Part shown: piece by piece, positions 40,700-54,450 of the stretch
How the letters are laid out: the number at the start of each line of letters is the position of its first letter
Position numbering within the stretch: position 1 is the first letter of the stretch
Origin: Mobula hypostoma
Lineage: Eukaryota
Direction: 5' to 3'
NCBI RefSeq assembly: GCF_963921235.1
Contig: NC_086098.1
Span: 121,272,001-121,336,000 of the forward strand
DNA: 64,000 nucleotides
Translations under genes and position numbers: made by a program
The notes under the pieces: generated by a model
Told to the model about the DNA's origin: nothing
Database searches by the model: none
Seen by the model: the letters and a program-made list of their open reading frames with translations, nothing else

Positions 40700-43150
40700 A
40701 TTAGGTTTAAGCTGATCGGACACTGTGGGAATGGGACAGTGTTAGAGTGGTTAGTTTCAGGCTTAGGCTCAAAATGTTTAGGTGAGAAGAGGTGAAGGTG
40801 CTAGGTAAGTTTATTTCTTTCTATGTGTATTGGTGCAGTGAAAATGGGTCCAGGGTCAGCGTGAGAGCTCTGAGACACCTCCACTGCCCTGGTAACTACA
40901 TTTGCACAAGGTGCATCCAGCTGTAGCAGCTCCTTTCGAATCATATTGGGGAACTAGAGCTGCAGGTGGATGACTGGCTCACCTGGGAGAAGGTGATAGA
41001 TAAGAGCTACAGGGAGGCAGTCACCAGTAAGTCGCAGGATGCAGGTAGCTGGATGACTGTCAAGGGAGGGAAAGGGAATAGGCAGATATTGTAGAGTACC
41101 CTGTAGCAAATCTCCTCAATAATAAATATACCACTTTGGTTACTGTTGGGGAGGGAGAACAATCTATCAGGGGAAAGCCACAGCCACCAGATCTCTGACA
41201 CTGAGTCCTGCTCTCTGAGGCTCAGAAGGGAAGTGAGGGAGGAGTGCAGTAGTGATAAGGGATTCAATAGTCAGAGGGATACGTAGATGTCTAGGGCACA
41301 ATATCCATGGTTGACCCTGACCAACGGAGGGCCTCAGTAAGTCCAAGCAGACAGGAGATTCTGTGGATGTGAAACAGACGCCTGGATGGTGTGTTGCCTT
41401 CCAGGTGACAGGGTCAGGGACATCTTGGGTTGGGTCCACCCCATTCTAAATGGGGAAGGTGAGCAGCCAGAATGCATGGTACATATTTGTACCAACTACA
41501 TAGCAGGAAAAAGGAAAATATAGGCAGCTAAATGGAATCGTGAAAAAGCAGGGTAATAATCTCTGGATTGCTACCTGTGTCATGGACCAGTGAAGTTAAG
41601 AATAGGATGATTTGGTAGATGAATGTGTGACTGAGGAGTTGATGCAGGACGTAGGGTTTCAGATTTTTAGATCATTGGGACCTCTTCTGGGGAAGGTATG
41701 ACCGATACAAAAAGGACAGATTACACCTGAACTCGGGAACTAATATCCTTGTGGCAGGTTTCCTTCAGCTGTTGGGGAGGAGTTAAACTAATTTGGCAGG
41801 AGAACGGGAAATGGTGTGATAGGACAGAGAATGGGCAGTTGGTATACAAGTAGATGTGTGTAGTGAGATTGTGAAGAAGGATAAGCACTTGATGGGGCAA
41901 AATTGCAGTTAGTGGGAATAGGTTGAAGTGTCTTTAAGCTAAACAGTAAGTTCAACAGTTTCAAGAAATGAGGATAATGTAAAAGGGATGGAGAGTGCAG
42001 GGGAGATAATGAAAGTCTTCAGAATAAATAACAAGAAAAAAATTAGAATTTAACTTCCGGTAACAAGGGCAAAATTGAAAAGGTTTATGAATACAGGACT
42101 GAAGATGTTATATTTGAATGCGCGCAGTATGCAGACAGAAGTAGATCTTGTACTGCAGTTAGAAATTGGCAGGTATGACATTGTGGGCATCACTGAGTCA
42201 TTGTTGAAAGAAGATGATAGTTGGGAGTTCATCATGCAAGGATAGACGTTATATGGACAGGAGAGGGCACACAGGTAGGCAGAGGGAGTGAGGTAGCTCT
42301 ATTGGTAAAAAGTGAAATTAAATCCTTAGAAAGAGGTGACATAGGATCGGTAGATGTAGAACCTTTGTGGATAGAGTTAATAAACTGAGAGGGTATGAAA
42401 ACCCTGATTTGAGTTACATACAGCCCTCTGAACAGTAGCCAGGATGTGGAGTACAAATTACAAAAGGAGATAGAAAAGGCATGTAAAAAGGGCAATATTA
42501 CAATAGTCATGGGAATTTCAATATGCAGATAAATTGGGAAAATCAGGTTGGTGCTGGAACCAAAGAGAATAACTTTTTAAAATGCCTACAAGATGGCTTT
42601 TTACAGCCTGTAGTTAAGCCCACTAGGGAAAAGGCAATTCTGGATTGGGTGTTGTTTAACGATTAGGGATCTTAAGGTAAAGGAACTCTGAGGAGGCAGT
42701 GATAATAATGATAGAATTCACCCTACAGTTTGAGAGGGAGAAAAGAAAGTCAGATGTATCGGTATTACAGTAAAGAGAATTACAGAGGCACGATAGAGGA
42801 GATGGTCAAAGTTGATCGGAAGGGGAAACTCGCAGGGATGATGGCAGAACAGCACTGGCTGGAGTTTCTTGGGGCAGTCTGGAAAGTGAAGGATAGATAC
42901 ATCCCAAAGATGTATTCTAAAGGAAGGATGAGGCAACTGTGATCGACACCATAAGAGCATAAGACAGAGCATACAATTAAGCAAAAATTAGTGGTAAACT
43001 AGCAGATTGGGCAGCTTTTAAAAGCTAACAGAAGGCAACTAAAAAAACATGATAACTATGAAGGTAAGCTAGCCAATCATATAAAAGACGATGCAAGAAT
43101 TTTTTCAGATATATAAAGAGAAAATGAGAGGCGAGATTGAATATCTGACT
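40700..43150 (+). mobile_element. Old CR1 5' half (ORF1 zinc finger + SGNH esterase; ORF2 endonuclease)
   Basis: YICTRC near 40900, DSIVRG at about 41262-41279, DRLHL near 41715 (GDSL/SGNH-like ORF1); LYLNARS, DIVGITE, ILDWVL in the ORF2 endonuclease. Confidence 0.7.
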
Positions 43151-44429
43151 ATACATCTGTGAAGAGGAGGTCTATGACGTATGGTCTGTTCTCAGGGGCA
43201 CATGTCAAGATAAGCCAATTGCAGCAGAATTATAAGGAACTGTCCACAATCATAGCAATGTGTTCCAAGGTTCAGGACTACGTGTTGAGGGACACTAAGT
43301 TCAGTGCTGTTGCCAGAGGTTCCATAGTTAGAGTCCGGTTTCAGGTCCTCTCACCGTTGCACAAAGGCAGCTGGAACTCACATCAAATGGTTTGTGTATA
43401 CAGGGAAAATACTGATAACTCAATGTAAATTGTGTAGGAAGATTAGAAATGATATATTGATTTACTGAGAATAATGATAACGTTTGAGAATGAAACATAT
43501 TTGTAAAAATATGCATTAAACTTACTTAAAAGTTAGAGACTGTCCTGCTTCTTTAAAAGATGGAAAATCAGAGCAATACTTGATACAGAGGAGGTACAAA
43601 ACTGTGGGGAAGAACATTACAGTGGGATTGGTTATGACTTTTAGTAACAGACATGTTGGCCAGTGGCCTCTGTAGGGATTGCAGACACTTGGTTCAATCG
43701 GGAAAAGCCATTGATGAAAATGATTTAATTTTTTTTGGCAATATCTCTTTTAACCCCCATTAATTTTTAATCAATGTACCATAGAAAGCATCCACAGCTT
43801 GATATGGCAACTGGACAGCCTGTGAAGGGAAGGAATGATAAGAGTTGTGGATATAGTTCCCACACATCACAGAAACTAGCCTCCCCACCATGGACTCTGC
43901 AAAGCAGCCAACATGATTAAAGACCCACCCATTCCAGACGCTCACTCTCCCTCCCCTCCAATCAAGCAGATATAAAGCCAGGTTCAATGATTTTCTATCT
44001 CACTGTAATAAGTCTATTGAACATTCCCCTTTGGTCTCCTGATAAGATGGACCCTGGACCTCAAAATCTGCCTGATCATAGCCTTGCACCCTCTGTGGAC
44101 TTCCTCTGTAACACTTATCTTGTGTTGTTATTGTTTTATATTATTACCCCAATGCAATATTGCAGTTAAATGATCTGTATGGATGGCATGCAAAACAAGT
44201 TTTCAATGTACCTTGGTCCATGCAACAATAAACCAATTTCAATTGGGCTGCACAGTCAGAGTGCTTCCATTCTTCAGGAGAGTGGTGCTGTACAAACAGG
44301 AAGTGGATTTGTTGGTGTGCCGAAGTACAGGGAAACAATTTTGGGTCTATTAATTCAAAAGGATCTCAAGTCCAGCTTACATTTGATTTTTAAAAAGTCT
44401 AATTCCGGAAATCAACAGCGAAGTAAACA

Positions 44430-44435
44430 TTTATT
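44430..44435 (-). terminator. Candidate GLO1 polyadenylation signal
   Basis: AATAAA on the minus strand at the end of a repeat-free AT-rich stretch about 900 nt after the stop; alternative at 44711-44716. Confidence 0.45.
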
Positions 44436-45330
44436 ATAGATTAGGATCTACGTAATAATAATTGTTATTTAACATAAATCAATACTCAGTTAATCTACAA
44501 ATTCTCATCAAGACCGTGCCAAGAGTGGGCCTGGCACACTGATGTTATCAAAACACAAAAGTATATCTTTCTGATTAAGACAGTTTAAATACCAACAAGA
44601 TTTTAATGAGCGAGCAGCCTGGGTATGCTTTACACAAATCAAATCCCTGGGCCGTGATGACAGATTATAATCTACAGTTTTGGGACTAGATTTTCCCACC
44701 CGAATTAGAATTTATTTTAAGGCTAGATGGAAGAAGGGAACCAAATTTCAACAACAATTCTTGATTGCAATTTTAAATAGCAATGGCTCTCAGATTATCT
44801 CCACTAATTGACAAGACACTTCATGGTTTTCTAACAAGTTTGAATCAAAATCACTAATTATGATTACAGAGAGTGATTTAATCCAACCATTTTGCACTGA
44901 ATTTACAATTACACTGCAGTTTGAAACCACTTCAATAGAAGTGGAAATGTGGATTTAGAACCTTAAACATTTTATGTGCCGGGGAAAAGAATTCAACCTT
45001 CTATCTTCTGCCCCCTTTGCTGAAATTAAGAGGTAATCCAAGCAAATATTAGAAATCACTGAAGAATTTGTACTTCTGTACACTAGGATTAGTCAAAGGT
45101 TTCACACAAATGTTTTTTGGAGACTTCATGCCTACAGAAAATTTAAGCTTCAATCACCCTTGTTAATTAATGAGCTCATAATTTCCCAGGAAGCTGGTAG
45201 TGACCACCTAAAGATGAGCATTAAGAATGCCAGGTCACAAAAACTCTATTAAATCTCACGCTGCATAGGTTCAATGACAACTGCTCTGTATTGAAGAATC
45301 CAAATTGTCGTCGAGTTCGTGCTCCACAAT

Positions 45331-45419
45331 TCATACTATCTTAAGCATTTGGTTTGGGCTGAAAATCTCTATCCAATAACCATCTGGATCCTGGATGAAA
45401 GCGAGCCCCTTCATTTTAC
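45331..45419 (-). CDS. GLO1: GLO1 exon 6 (coding part)
   Basis: gcttcag|[32 protein letters not shown] at 45331-45333. Confidence 0.96.
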
Positions 45420-48400
45420 CTGAAGCAAAAACAAAACGGATTGCACTGGTTTGCATATTTTCTCACCACCTCCCCTCACCTTACTTGCCCTGGAACAAAA
45501 GGAACGCAGAAATAAAAAACATGTTGGAAATATGAACAAAAGATGTTGGAAACAATCAGCAGGGTAGGCAGTGTCCGTGGAATGAGAATCAGTTAATTTT
45601 TCAGAACTGGAACAATAAGCAAGTGAGCTTTTAAGTTGTAGAGATGGGAGGGAATTGGAAAACAAGAGGAACAGTCTGTATTAGGACAGAGACATAGATG
45701 TCCAGTTCCAGCACGGTATCCACTTGCCTTGATTCATCTGCCCATGTTTATGACAGATCCATTTGCTCAGCACTAAAAGCATTGTGCCACCTGGACAAGC
45801 TTATTTCACCACCCCAGTCCAATCATTTTCTGTTTTCTTTGCCCTCTGTCTCACTTTCTCACATTTTCAGTTACGACAAAAGGTCATCAACCCAAAATAT
45901 TGACTCTTTTTCTTTCTCCACAGATACTGCCTGACCTGCTGAGTATAATAAGGATCTGGAATTTATTCTGTCAGTACATTCAACTGTTGTCATACAGGAA
46001 AGCACAGAGACAAAAGGACTCACCACCATCCACCTTCTTCACAAACTTTACTCCGAGTTCCTCAAGCCGCTTACATGCTGCATAAACGTCAGGGACAGCA
46101 ATGCCCAAGTGACCTGCAGGTAAGGAGCATCTCCAGATGAAAATTCAAAGCACTGACTACCTGTGATGATTGAATATGCAGCCACTTGTCATTGTCGCAG
46201 TACATGGAGGGACAATCACCAACTCCCCAAATTGTAGCGTCCAAACTTGGTGCTGCAGAAGCCACCTCCTTCAAAGTCAGCCTATAAATAGGAATCAGAG
46301 CTCGGTCCAGCACCAATCATCTACCATGGGCCAAATTGCCCCCACTGTTGAATTGTATGATTCTATCAGGCACAGACTGGCAATAGGAAAGGCAAGGAAC
46401 ACATTCCCAAGCAGATGGATCTAGAGTAGGAACCTGTGATTTCCTCTCACCCCGAGAACACCAAGACTGTTAACAAGCCCAGTCGAGAAATCTGACTGTA
46501 GACCACCACCATGACCTCTTGCCAACCCCTTCCCACCACACCCCCTACTCAGAGCTACATAGAAAGCAGAGGACAGACCTCCTGATATAGGAATTTTGTT
46601 CCCATTTGGCCAAATGACCTGCAAAGCTTTTAGGAGAATCAAGGGGACTAGGCTTACCAAATCCTCTGGGGTCAGAATTGCCGTTGTGGTAGGCCTGGTT
46701 TTCATCCACCTCTGTGCCCCAGTTGCTACAAAGTACAAAAAATAGTGAATGATCAGGAAGCCGCTCCCCCCGGCACATTCCCTCATCGACTGGCCCACCC
46801 AAGGATGGCAGCTTTACCAGCTTCGTACCATCATTCAGTTCATCAAAGAGAAAGAGCCCATTTGAGCCTCACCATCTGATCAACAGCAATGGGGTGGATC
46901 TCCCCAGCTTTCAGTCATGTTCTTGGCAGACTGACCTGTATGCGTGGTGGGAGCTTTTGCCTTCACCAACAATCCAGACAGCAAGTTTTAACACCCAACA
47001 CTGCCTGGATGAGAAGAAATTCCTCAGATCCTACCCCAATCTTTCAATCTTCCCCGTGCCCAGTTACTGCTCTGTTGAGGAAGTGGCCACTTTCAGTAAC
47101 TTTACACAGTACCACAGTGTTAGTGCTATTTAGCACAAAGCCAAGATGTCCATCTCTACTGGACAAATGCCTCTAGTTAACATGCTCCAGTACTGCTGCC
47201 ATCCTCCGATCTCCTCTGTTGATCTCATAAGCATGACCAGAAATATAGATAGTAGCTTAATGGTCTTCCAGCAGGAACTTTATACCAGGATATCTGAACT
47301 TCAAGTCTCCTCCATTCATGCCACACCAGTTAACCCTCTACTACCTCAGCCAGCACCCTCAGCCTGTCCATCAGCCCCTGGCCCATGCCTTCACTCCTCC
47401 TTCTGTGCTGGGCCAAGTTTCCATTCCTTATTCTCCACAACTACTGTAAACTTCTTCTCCTTGCCCCTCCAGTCCTCCCTATTAAAATCTTTTTCAACAT
47501 CTTCAGTTTATACACAGCTTTCTCTACACAGACATATGCAATCAAAGACAAGACCAGAAGCCAATCCGCCCAGTCATCTGTTACCTGTCAGGAGGTCTCT
47601 GCAGTCAGAGAACAGTTCATCGTCATATTCTATGTTTATCACGATGAGAGAAGGACAGTCCTTTTTGGACCCATGAGTGCTGGACAATGAGCACAACCCT
47701 TATTCTGTGGGCTCCCTTACAGAGTTCTGGCAGCAACTCCATGCAATCCTGATAATGGGGTATGAGAAAAGGTCCCTGTCCAGAGGATTGTCAGGTCAGT
47801 GCAAGGGAGACAAGAACTGGAATGTGGACCGACAATCTGCTGGAGGAACTCAGTAACCCAAGCAGCACTTGTAGGTGGGGAGAGAGGAATAGCTGATATT
47901 TCAGGTTGAAACCCTGACTGAGTGAACAGGGATGATGGCCAGTATAGAAAGGAAAGGAGCAAGGGTAAGACAGGAGCCAGAAGTGATTGGTAGATGAAGG
48001 GGGGGGGGGCGTGAAGGATGATGGGCAGATGGAGTTAGATTAGGAGTGGGGCAGTAATAGAGTTGGAAATCTGAAGCAGGAGCACGACAGATTGAGGCAG
48101 GCAAAAAGGGGTAGGTAGAACCGGGAACCAGGTGAGGGGAGGGGAAGATGAAGGTGGAGACAACAGCTGGAGGAACACAAGGTCTACCAGTGTTGGAATC
48201 TGACAAATAGATGTGAATATTGGGAACCATTATCAGGAAGAGGCAAGACAAATGGAACCATGAACCAGATGAGGGAGATGGGAAGCCAGGGTGGAGGGTG
48301 AAATGTGTGATGGGTAGGTGGATGGAACCAGGAGGGGAGGAAGGATGAAGAAGGGGAATTAGGAGTCTACAGTGAATGGATAAAAATCTCCAGTGAGTGG

Positions 48401-51400
48401 GGAAAAGACCAATTCCAGGTTCAGTTGAAGGTCACCAGGATTTTTGCGTAGGGCAGCCATTTGGGCCTTGCCCTTCCCAGCCGGTTCCCACCTCACATGT
48501 ACTGTCAAGACCACTCTGGGCTCGATGACCCACATCAGCTTCTGCACCTCAGTTTGAAAGTCTAACCCCACTTTCCAAACCCCCAGTCTTGGGGCCTTCT
48601 ACCTTGCCAGTCCAGAACCCCTCACATTCGCTCTCACTCCTGCATCTTGTCCATCTTCAATTTTACCTCACATATTGGTGATCGTGTCTTGGCCCCAAGC
48701 TGGGAATTAATTTCCCAGTAATCTCAATCTCTCTCAGATTCTTTTCAGAATCTCCCTCCTTGACCAGACCCGGCACACGTGACTTGTTGAGAATATTATG
48801 ACTTAGGACAGTTTACAGCACTAAAGGTACCAGTGAAAATAGAGTCATAGGTTATGGAACCAGGCCCTTCACCCCACTGTGCCTCTGCTATCCACCTGTA
48901 CTCAGCGAATTTTCCAGCACTGCGCCCTGTGCCTTCTCTACCAGACTGTATTAGTGAGTTTTGCACATTTCCGCACCAGTGCACATTAGCGAATATAACT
49001 TCATAAGAAAGCCAAGCTGCATGTGGAGAACCAGCTGTGTATACAGAACATGCCTGGCGATGGGTTACAATTCACAGTGCCATCGGACTTTACAAAGGAA
49101 AACACTGGATGCTTCTGGTAACCAGTGGAATATCCAGCAGGTAGGAGAATCTGACGTGGACAAAACGCCTGCATGCTCTCAGTACTGCAGCACCCCCCCC
49201 CCCACCCCCGTTCAGCACCCTGCTGCACTCACTGCGTCAGCTCAATGGTAGCCCTCCGAGAGAAGGTCCAGGCCGTATGCTCGTTCTTTTCTGTTGGGAT
49301 TTCCTTTTTGTCCTCAAAACCCAGAAAGAAGAGTGTGAATTTCATCGAGGGAACATCAACTTTCTGCAGCAGTCTAGGAGCAAGTTGGAAAAATAACCAT
49401 TAGAGAAAGAGAGCATGGACAGCACAGAACGGAGTAGCAGTGGTGTAAGGTCCCAGGAAAAGGAGGAGTAGGTCCTGATGAGTCGATAAACTGGAATGAG
49501 TGCAGGAAAGATTTACAACAATGTTGCCTGCACTCAGGGGACTGGGTTACAGCAGGCTGGGACTTTATTCCTTGGAGCACGACAGGCCGAGGGCAACCTC
49601 ACAGAGGCGTATAAAATACTGAATGGCACAGATAGTATGAAGACTTTTTTTTCCCCACAGGATTGGGGGATCAAGGACCAGAGAGCATACGTTGAGGGTG
49701 AGGGGGCAAAGATTTAACAGGAACATGAGGGGCAACTTTTTCTACAGAGGATGGTGGCTATATGAAATGAGAAAGTGATTGGGGCAGGGAAAAACGTGGG
49801 CAGGAAAGGTTCATTGGGATATGGGTAAAATGGGTGATTTGAACAGCATGGCTGAAGGGCCTCTTTGTGTTGTATGACTCACTCAGCACGAGGGAGACCG
49901 TGGCTTCACACACCAGTGAACTGCACAGGATTCCATTTCCCATCCACTCATTTTGGCTCCTGCTGGGCTCAGTTAACAGACACACACCCTTGATCATACT
50001 CAGAGGCCTGGCTACGGGCAACCATGCAGACGCCAAACAAAGGACATCGGTTCAGGCAGAAGCATGACCTTCGGAATTCATCTTCCCGACAGGCACTGAG
50101 CCACAGCCCCCACTCCCTATCCATAAGTCCAGAGATGTTTGTACTATTCACACTGAGAACAACCGTAAACGCAGGAGGAAGTCTCACCCAGAATGAATGC
50201 TCACAATCTCAGGCCACTGGGCGAGAAATTTAAAAGGAAAATGAGGAGAAATTTCTTCACTCAAAGGGTGGGTAACCTGTAGAATGCTCTGCGAAAGTAC
50301 TCAAGGAAATGGACAGATTTATAAACCCAGAGAAAAGTGGAGGGTTATGTAGCAGGGAAGGGTTGGACTGATTTTCAGCGGGTTAAAAGGTTGGCACAAC
50401 ATCATGCCTGTATCGTGCTGCAGTGTTCTATGTTCACAGGGCTCTAAGGACGATGGGGAGGAAACAGGAATGTGGTACTGAGACAGAGGATCAGCCGTGA
50501 TCACGGTTAACGCCAGATCAGGCTCAAAGGGCCAAATGGCCAATCTTTGCTCTTGTTTTTCTGTTCCTATGAAGTATCTTGGGGCACCCTTTCATTGTTA
50601 AAGGTACTTTATAACAGAACCAGCTGTCACATCCTCCAGGCAATTGACTTGTTGTGTTGAATTTATTGGATTAGATTTTTTTTTAATGCCAACTAAATAA
50701 CGTTTAACCCAGCAAGATCAAAGGAGAAGCCCAGGCCCTGCCTCAGCTGGATATACCCTTCCAACAGGCAGGGTGTACTTAAACCTTTTCTACACGACGA
50801 AGTTCAGAGAGGACAGACACCAAATAAAATTCAATCCTGGACTTGGGCTAAATCCCAAATCACTGATAGGTAAAAGTGCATTTTAAAAAGTGATAGCTAG
50901 CAAAATGCAATAGTTCCCAAGTAATTTCTGCCTGTGTAGCTAAATATACCACAGCAGGAAGAGGAGGGCCCAGGGCACTCACCGGGTACATATTTCTGTA
51001 ATTTATCTTCATTCACACTAATGCTAACTGATATTTATCTTCATCTGGTAATCACTGTACTGTGCTGCTGCTCCAGAAATCTCATCTTTAAAGGCAGTTA
51101 TGCCTTTGATAACAATAAACTGGAACAGTTGGATTAATTTATAAAGGGGTAAGTTCACAGAGCAAAGGTGTCTGATCTTTACTGAAACAATAGTCACACA
51201 GGTGTTCAGTCCTGGGAGCCACTCATTAGGAAAGATGTGATGACTTTGGACAGGGTGAAGAGATGTATCAAATTAGTTGCAAGGAAAAGGGATTGTAGTT
51301 ACTGGGGAGACTGGGTTTGTTTATCTTGGAACAGAGAAGTGTGAAGGTAGGTCTGATGAAGATATTTATCATCGTGAAGGATGTGGCTGGGGCGAAACCA

Positions 51401-54156
51401 CTGGCAAAGAGGTCCCGAACTGGCCAAAGGAACCAGAAGTTATTTATGTACAACTTGGTACAACTTGTTTTAAGTAAATGTAGGAAGTTGTTAAAATTTG
51501 GAATGCACTGCCAAGATTAGTGGGGGGGGGGGGGCAGTGGCTGAAAACAAGTTGCTGGAGGAACTCAGCATGTCAAATAGCCAAAATAGAGAGGCGAGGA
51601 AGAGAGACAAATACAGTAGGTGGGTCCAGGTGAGGAGGGGTGATAGCAGATGGAGGAGGGAGGAGTGGAGATAGTGATAGGTGGAGGCATAAAAGACTGA
51701 AAATGATGGAATCTGATCGATGGATCATGGAACCAAATAAGGGAGGTGAGATGGACAGATGGGAACAGTAGGAGGAGAGTGTGGGTGATAAATGGGTAAT
51801 GGGGTGAATGGGTGAGGGGAAAGAAACTGGGTTATGGGGGGCGGGCTGTGGAGAGAGGGGAATTGGAAGGAAGTGAATGTGTGTCGGAGGACTTGGGTAG
51901 GTGAGGACAGAGGGAGAGCAGGTTACCTCTGTCTCCCTGTTCATGCTATCAGGTTTTAGACTACCTAGGCAGAACATGAGTTGCTGTTCAGTGGAGAATG
52001 ACAAACACGGCAAGCAAGGTAAATGTACAGGACTGTGGGGAATGGGATGAGTTGGATTGCTCTTGCATCGATCTGGCCTAGACATGATGGGCCAAATGGT
52101 CTCCTTCATTTCTGTAACGCTTCTGTGGTTCTACAAATGCTGGGAGATCAAATGAAACAGTGTGGTGAAGTGTGGATATACAACGATTCGGGAGCAAAAC
52201 TATCACTGGGACAAAATGTCACACAAGACCCAGATCACACAGCACTCTGTCTGAGGTGTGACAGTAACCCATAATCTAACAAGGAGGTACGTTGGGAAAT
52301 ATTAATGAGTAATATTAACAGAAAGTAGACATTTCTGACATGTGTTTACTTGCAAGTACCTGAATCAGAACATGCACTGAACAAATAAAATGGGACATTC
52401 TTTTAGGAAAACTATTTAGAAAGGCAATTATTTTAGCACAAAAATGAAAGCAACTGACGTAGAGAGAGATACCATCAGCAGAAAAATGTGGGAAATATAC
52501 CTCAGATTAGTCAACACCAGAAAGCAAATTGGATCATTTCACTTTTTAGGTAACACACGCCAACACCCCAGAAAGTAACTACAGATCAGACAAACTCAAT
52601 GGTGTGTTTCATTTTGTTTAACCTGTGGGCTCCTTGAGTGCTTTTTACTCTCACTCTCAACTCTAAATCGCTTGCTCACTTTCTTTTTTTTATTATTTAC
52701 TCAATTTTTAATGTTCCTTACGTCATTCCAATGATTCTGGTGTAAAAATCAAGAGATTTTTTCGGATCCTTCACTCTCAGCATTGTCTGTTGCATTATAA
52801 AATCCTGAAAGAGAGAGACTATGAGAACACTGGGAAATCAATGCACTCTAGTTAACATGCAATAATACTGGAGGAGAAATCAAGTTACTGGTAAGGCATT
52901 TACTTTTTCCTCATTTCCTGTCTGTCTATGGAAGGAGGGTAAGCTAGGGAATAACTTGAATAGCAATGGGTCAGTTCAACACCTTCCCCCCCCCATCATC
53001 TTATTTAATAGAATCACAGAGAATAGAAACAGGCCATTTTGTTGTAGACTAGATGGTCTGAGGAGCCTATGACATCCATACTGACCATCAGGTACACCCT
53101 GTGCTAAACCTCTTGGTCCATAATCTACCCCTTTCTGATTCAAGTGCTTCCAAATGTTCAAAGTAAGACTGCCTCCCCCACTCCCTTGGACATGTAGTTT
53201 CAGGTTCCAAGTCTCTACCAGCCAATTTTCCCTATAACCTTTCTCCCAATACTCCCAGCATCTCACCCAGATTCTGTCACTCACCCACACTGTTTACAGC
53301 AGTTAATTAATCAACCAACCCACAGGTTTTTGAGATTGGTGGTGGGGAGAACAGAGGAACTGGAGAAATGGCCTTTGCACCTTATTTGTCTACTTTGTAC
53401 TTTCTCGGTAACGGTGATGGAATTCTGCATTACTTTAATGTTTTCCTCTAGTACACTCGTGATGTATATGAATTGATGTTTGGATGGCATACAAATAAAA
53501 CGTTTTCACTGTACCACAGTACACGAAACAATAAAAAACCTATTATCAAACGCACATAGTTACATAGAACATGCAAACATCACAAAGAAAGCACTCGTTT
53601 TCTTTAGCAATGGGGAGGGATCAACAGAAGTGGAAGCAGCAATTAAAAACAATTTAGTAAGAGGGAAAAAGCTTGTCTCAAAAGATGGTTGAACCAGAAA
53701 CCCCTCATCAGATGCAAACATCTGAAGTTTGGAGAAGCTACGACTGGAAGGGGGATAGGCTGGGTAACTCTCCAACCAGTACAGGAATGATGGGCCGCAT
53801 GGCCTCCTGCTGGCAGTGTTTGACAGGGCTTCCTGACGGCTCAGACCCTGCCCCCGGATGCATTGACCGGCAGACGACCACCTGTGTTTCCCCAGTTCAG
53901 CGGCACAAGCCCTCGATGCGTCCCCAGCCATTCGGTCCCGGCCGAGACACCGTGCTGCCCAAGCCCCTCCCGAACACCACGTTAGACTCAGGAGCAGAAT
54001 TGGGCCACTCGGCTCATCGAGTCTGCTCCAAGTCCAAGGCGCCGAGCATCGACGCCCCGTGCTACAGCCCCCAGCCCGCACCTTGGTACTCGGGTCCGGT
54101 TCCGAACAAGCGGCATACGCCTGCTCATCCGTGAGGCCAGTCAGTTCCTGCGCCAT
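45331..54156 (-). CDS. GLO1: Glyoxalase I (lactoylglutathione lyase), six coding exons, 181 aa
   Basis: Join of 54082-54156, 52722-52804, 49233-49373, 46658-46725, 46024-46113, 45331-45419 = 546 nt, all GT-AG. Protein [57 protein letters not shown]...ATIELTHNWG...[19 protein letters not shown]...[29 protein letters not shown]; metal ligands Q/E/H/E intact. Confidence 0.97.
46024..46113 (-). CDS. GLO1: GLO1 exon 5
   Basis: cctgcag|[30 protein letters not shown]|gtgagt, 90 nt. Confidence 0.96.
46658..46725 (-). CDS. GLO1: GLO1 exon 4
   Basis: tgtag|[22 protein letters not shown]|gtaagc, 68 nt. Confidence 0.96.
47810..48360 (-). mobile_element. Penelope-like 3'-end fragment in GLO1 intron 3
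   Basis: ctgctggaggaactcag...tttcaggttgaaaccctg head followed by a purine-rich tract like 39300/59400. Confidence 0.5.
49233..49373 (-). CDS. GLO1: GLO1 exon 3
   Basis: ctcctag|[46 protein letters not shown]|gtgagt, 141 nt. Confidence 0.96.
51550..51990 (-). mobile_element. Penelope-like 3'-end fragment in GLO1 intron 2
   Basis: Minus-strand [17 protein letters not shown], homologous to the LFRLGSLQPDGMN terminus. Confidence 0.55.
52722..52804 (-). CDS. GLO1: GLO1 exon 2
   Basis: tttcag|[28 protein letters not shown]|gtaagg, 83 nt. Confidence 0.96.
54082..54156 (-). CDS. GLO1: GLO1 exon 1 (coding part)
   Basis: [25 protein letters not shown], donor AAG|gtgcgg. Confidence 0.93.
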
Positions 54157-54450
54157 GACCACAGCTTCGACAGCCCAGGCCCAGCCGGCGACCCCGACTG
54201 CCTGTCAATCAGATCCCTGGCAACATGGCCCACCCTCCCCGCGGATCCACCAATCCTAACACGGCGTCTGTCGGGGTAATCCAATGACAATACGTCGGGC
54301 GGTGCCGACTCTAAATTACCCAATCATAGAGAAGAGACTGGTCCCCGAAGCTCGACCTGATTGGTCACCGCCGACTGCCATCCGCTCATCTTTCCAGCAT
54401 TACCTTCGAGCCAGCTGTTGTTTAGGCTCAAGCAGAGAACCTGGAGGCGT
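54157..54450 (-). promoter_or_regulatory. GLO1 CpG-island promoter with four CCAAT boxes
   Basis: CCAAT at 54250, 54281 and 54320, ATTGG at 54360; GGGCGG near 54297; CpG-rich from about 53850 to 54450. Confidence 0.7.

Noticed and set aside
47146-47690. 176-aa and 101-aa plus-strand ORFs in GLO1 intron 3
   Set aside because: No domain recognised; low-complexity, probably repeat-derived.
53560-54162. 200-aa minus-strand ORF
   Set aside because: Only the 25 codons from ATG 54156 are GLO1 exon 1; the rest is read-through into GC-rich intron 1.
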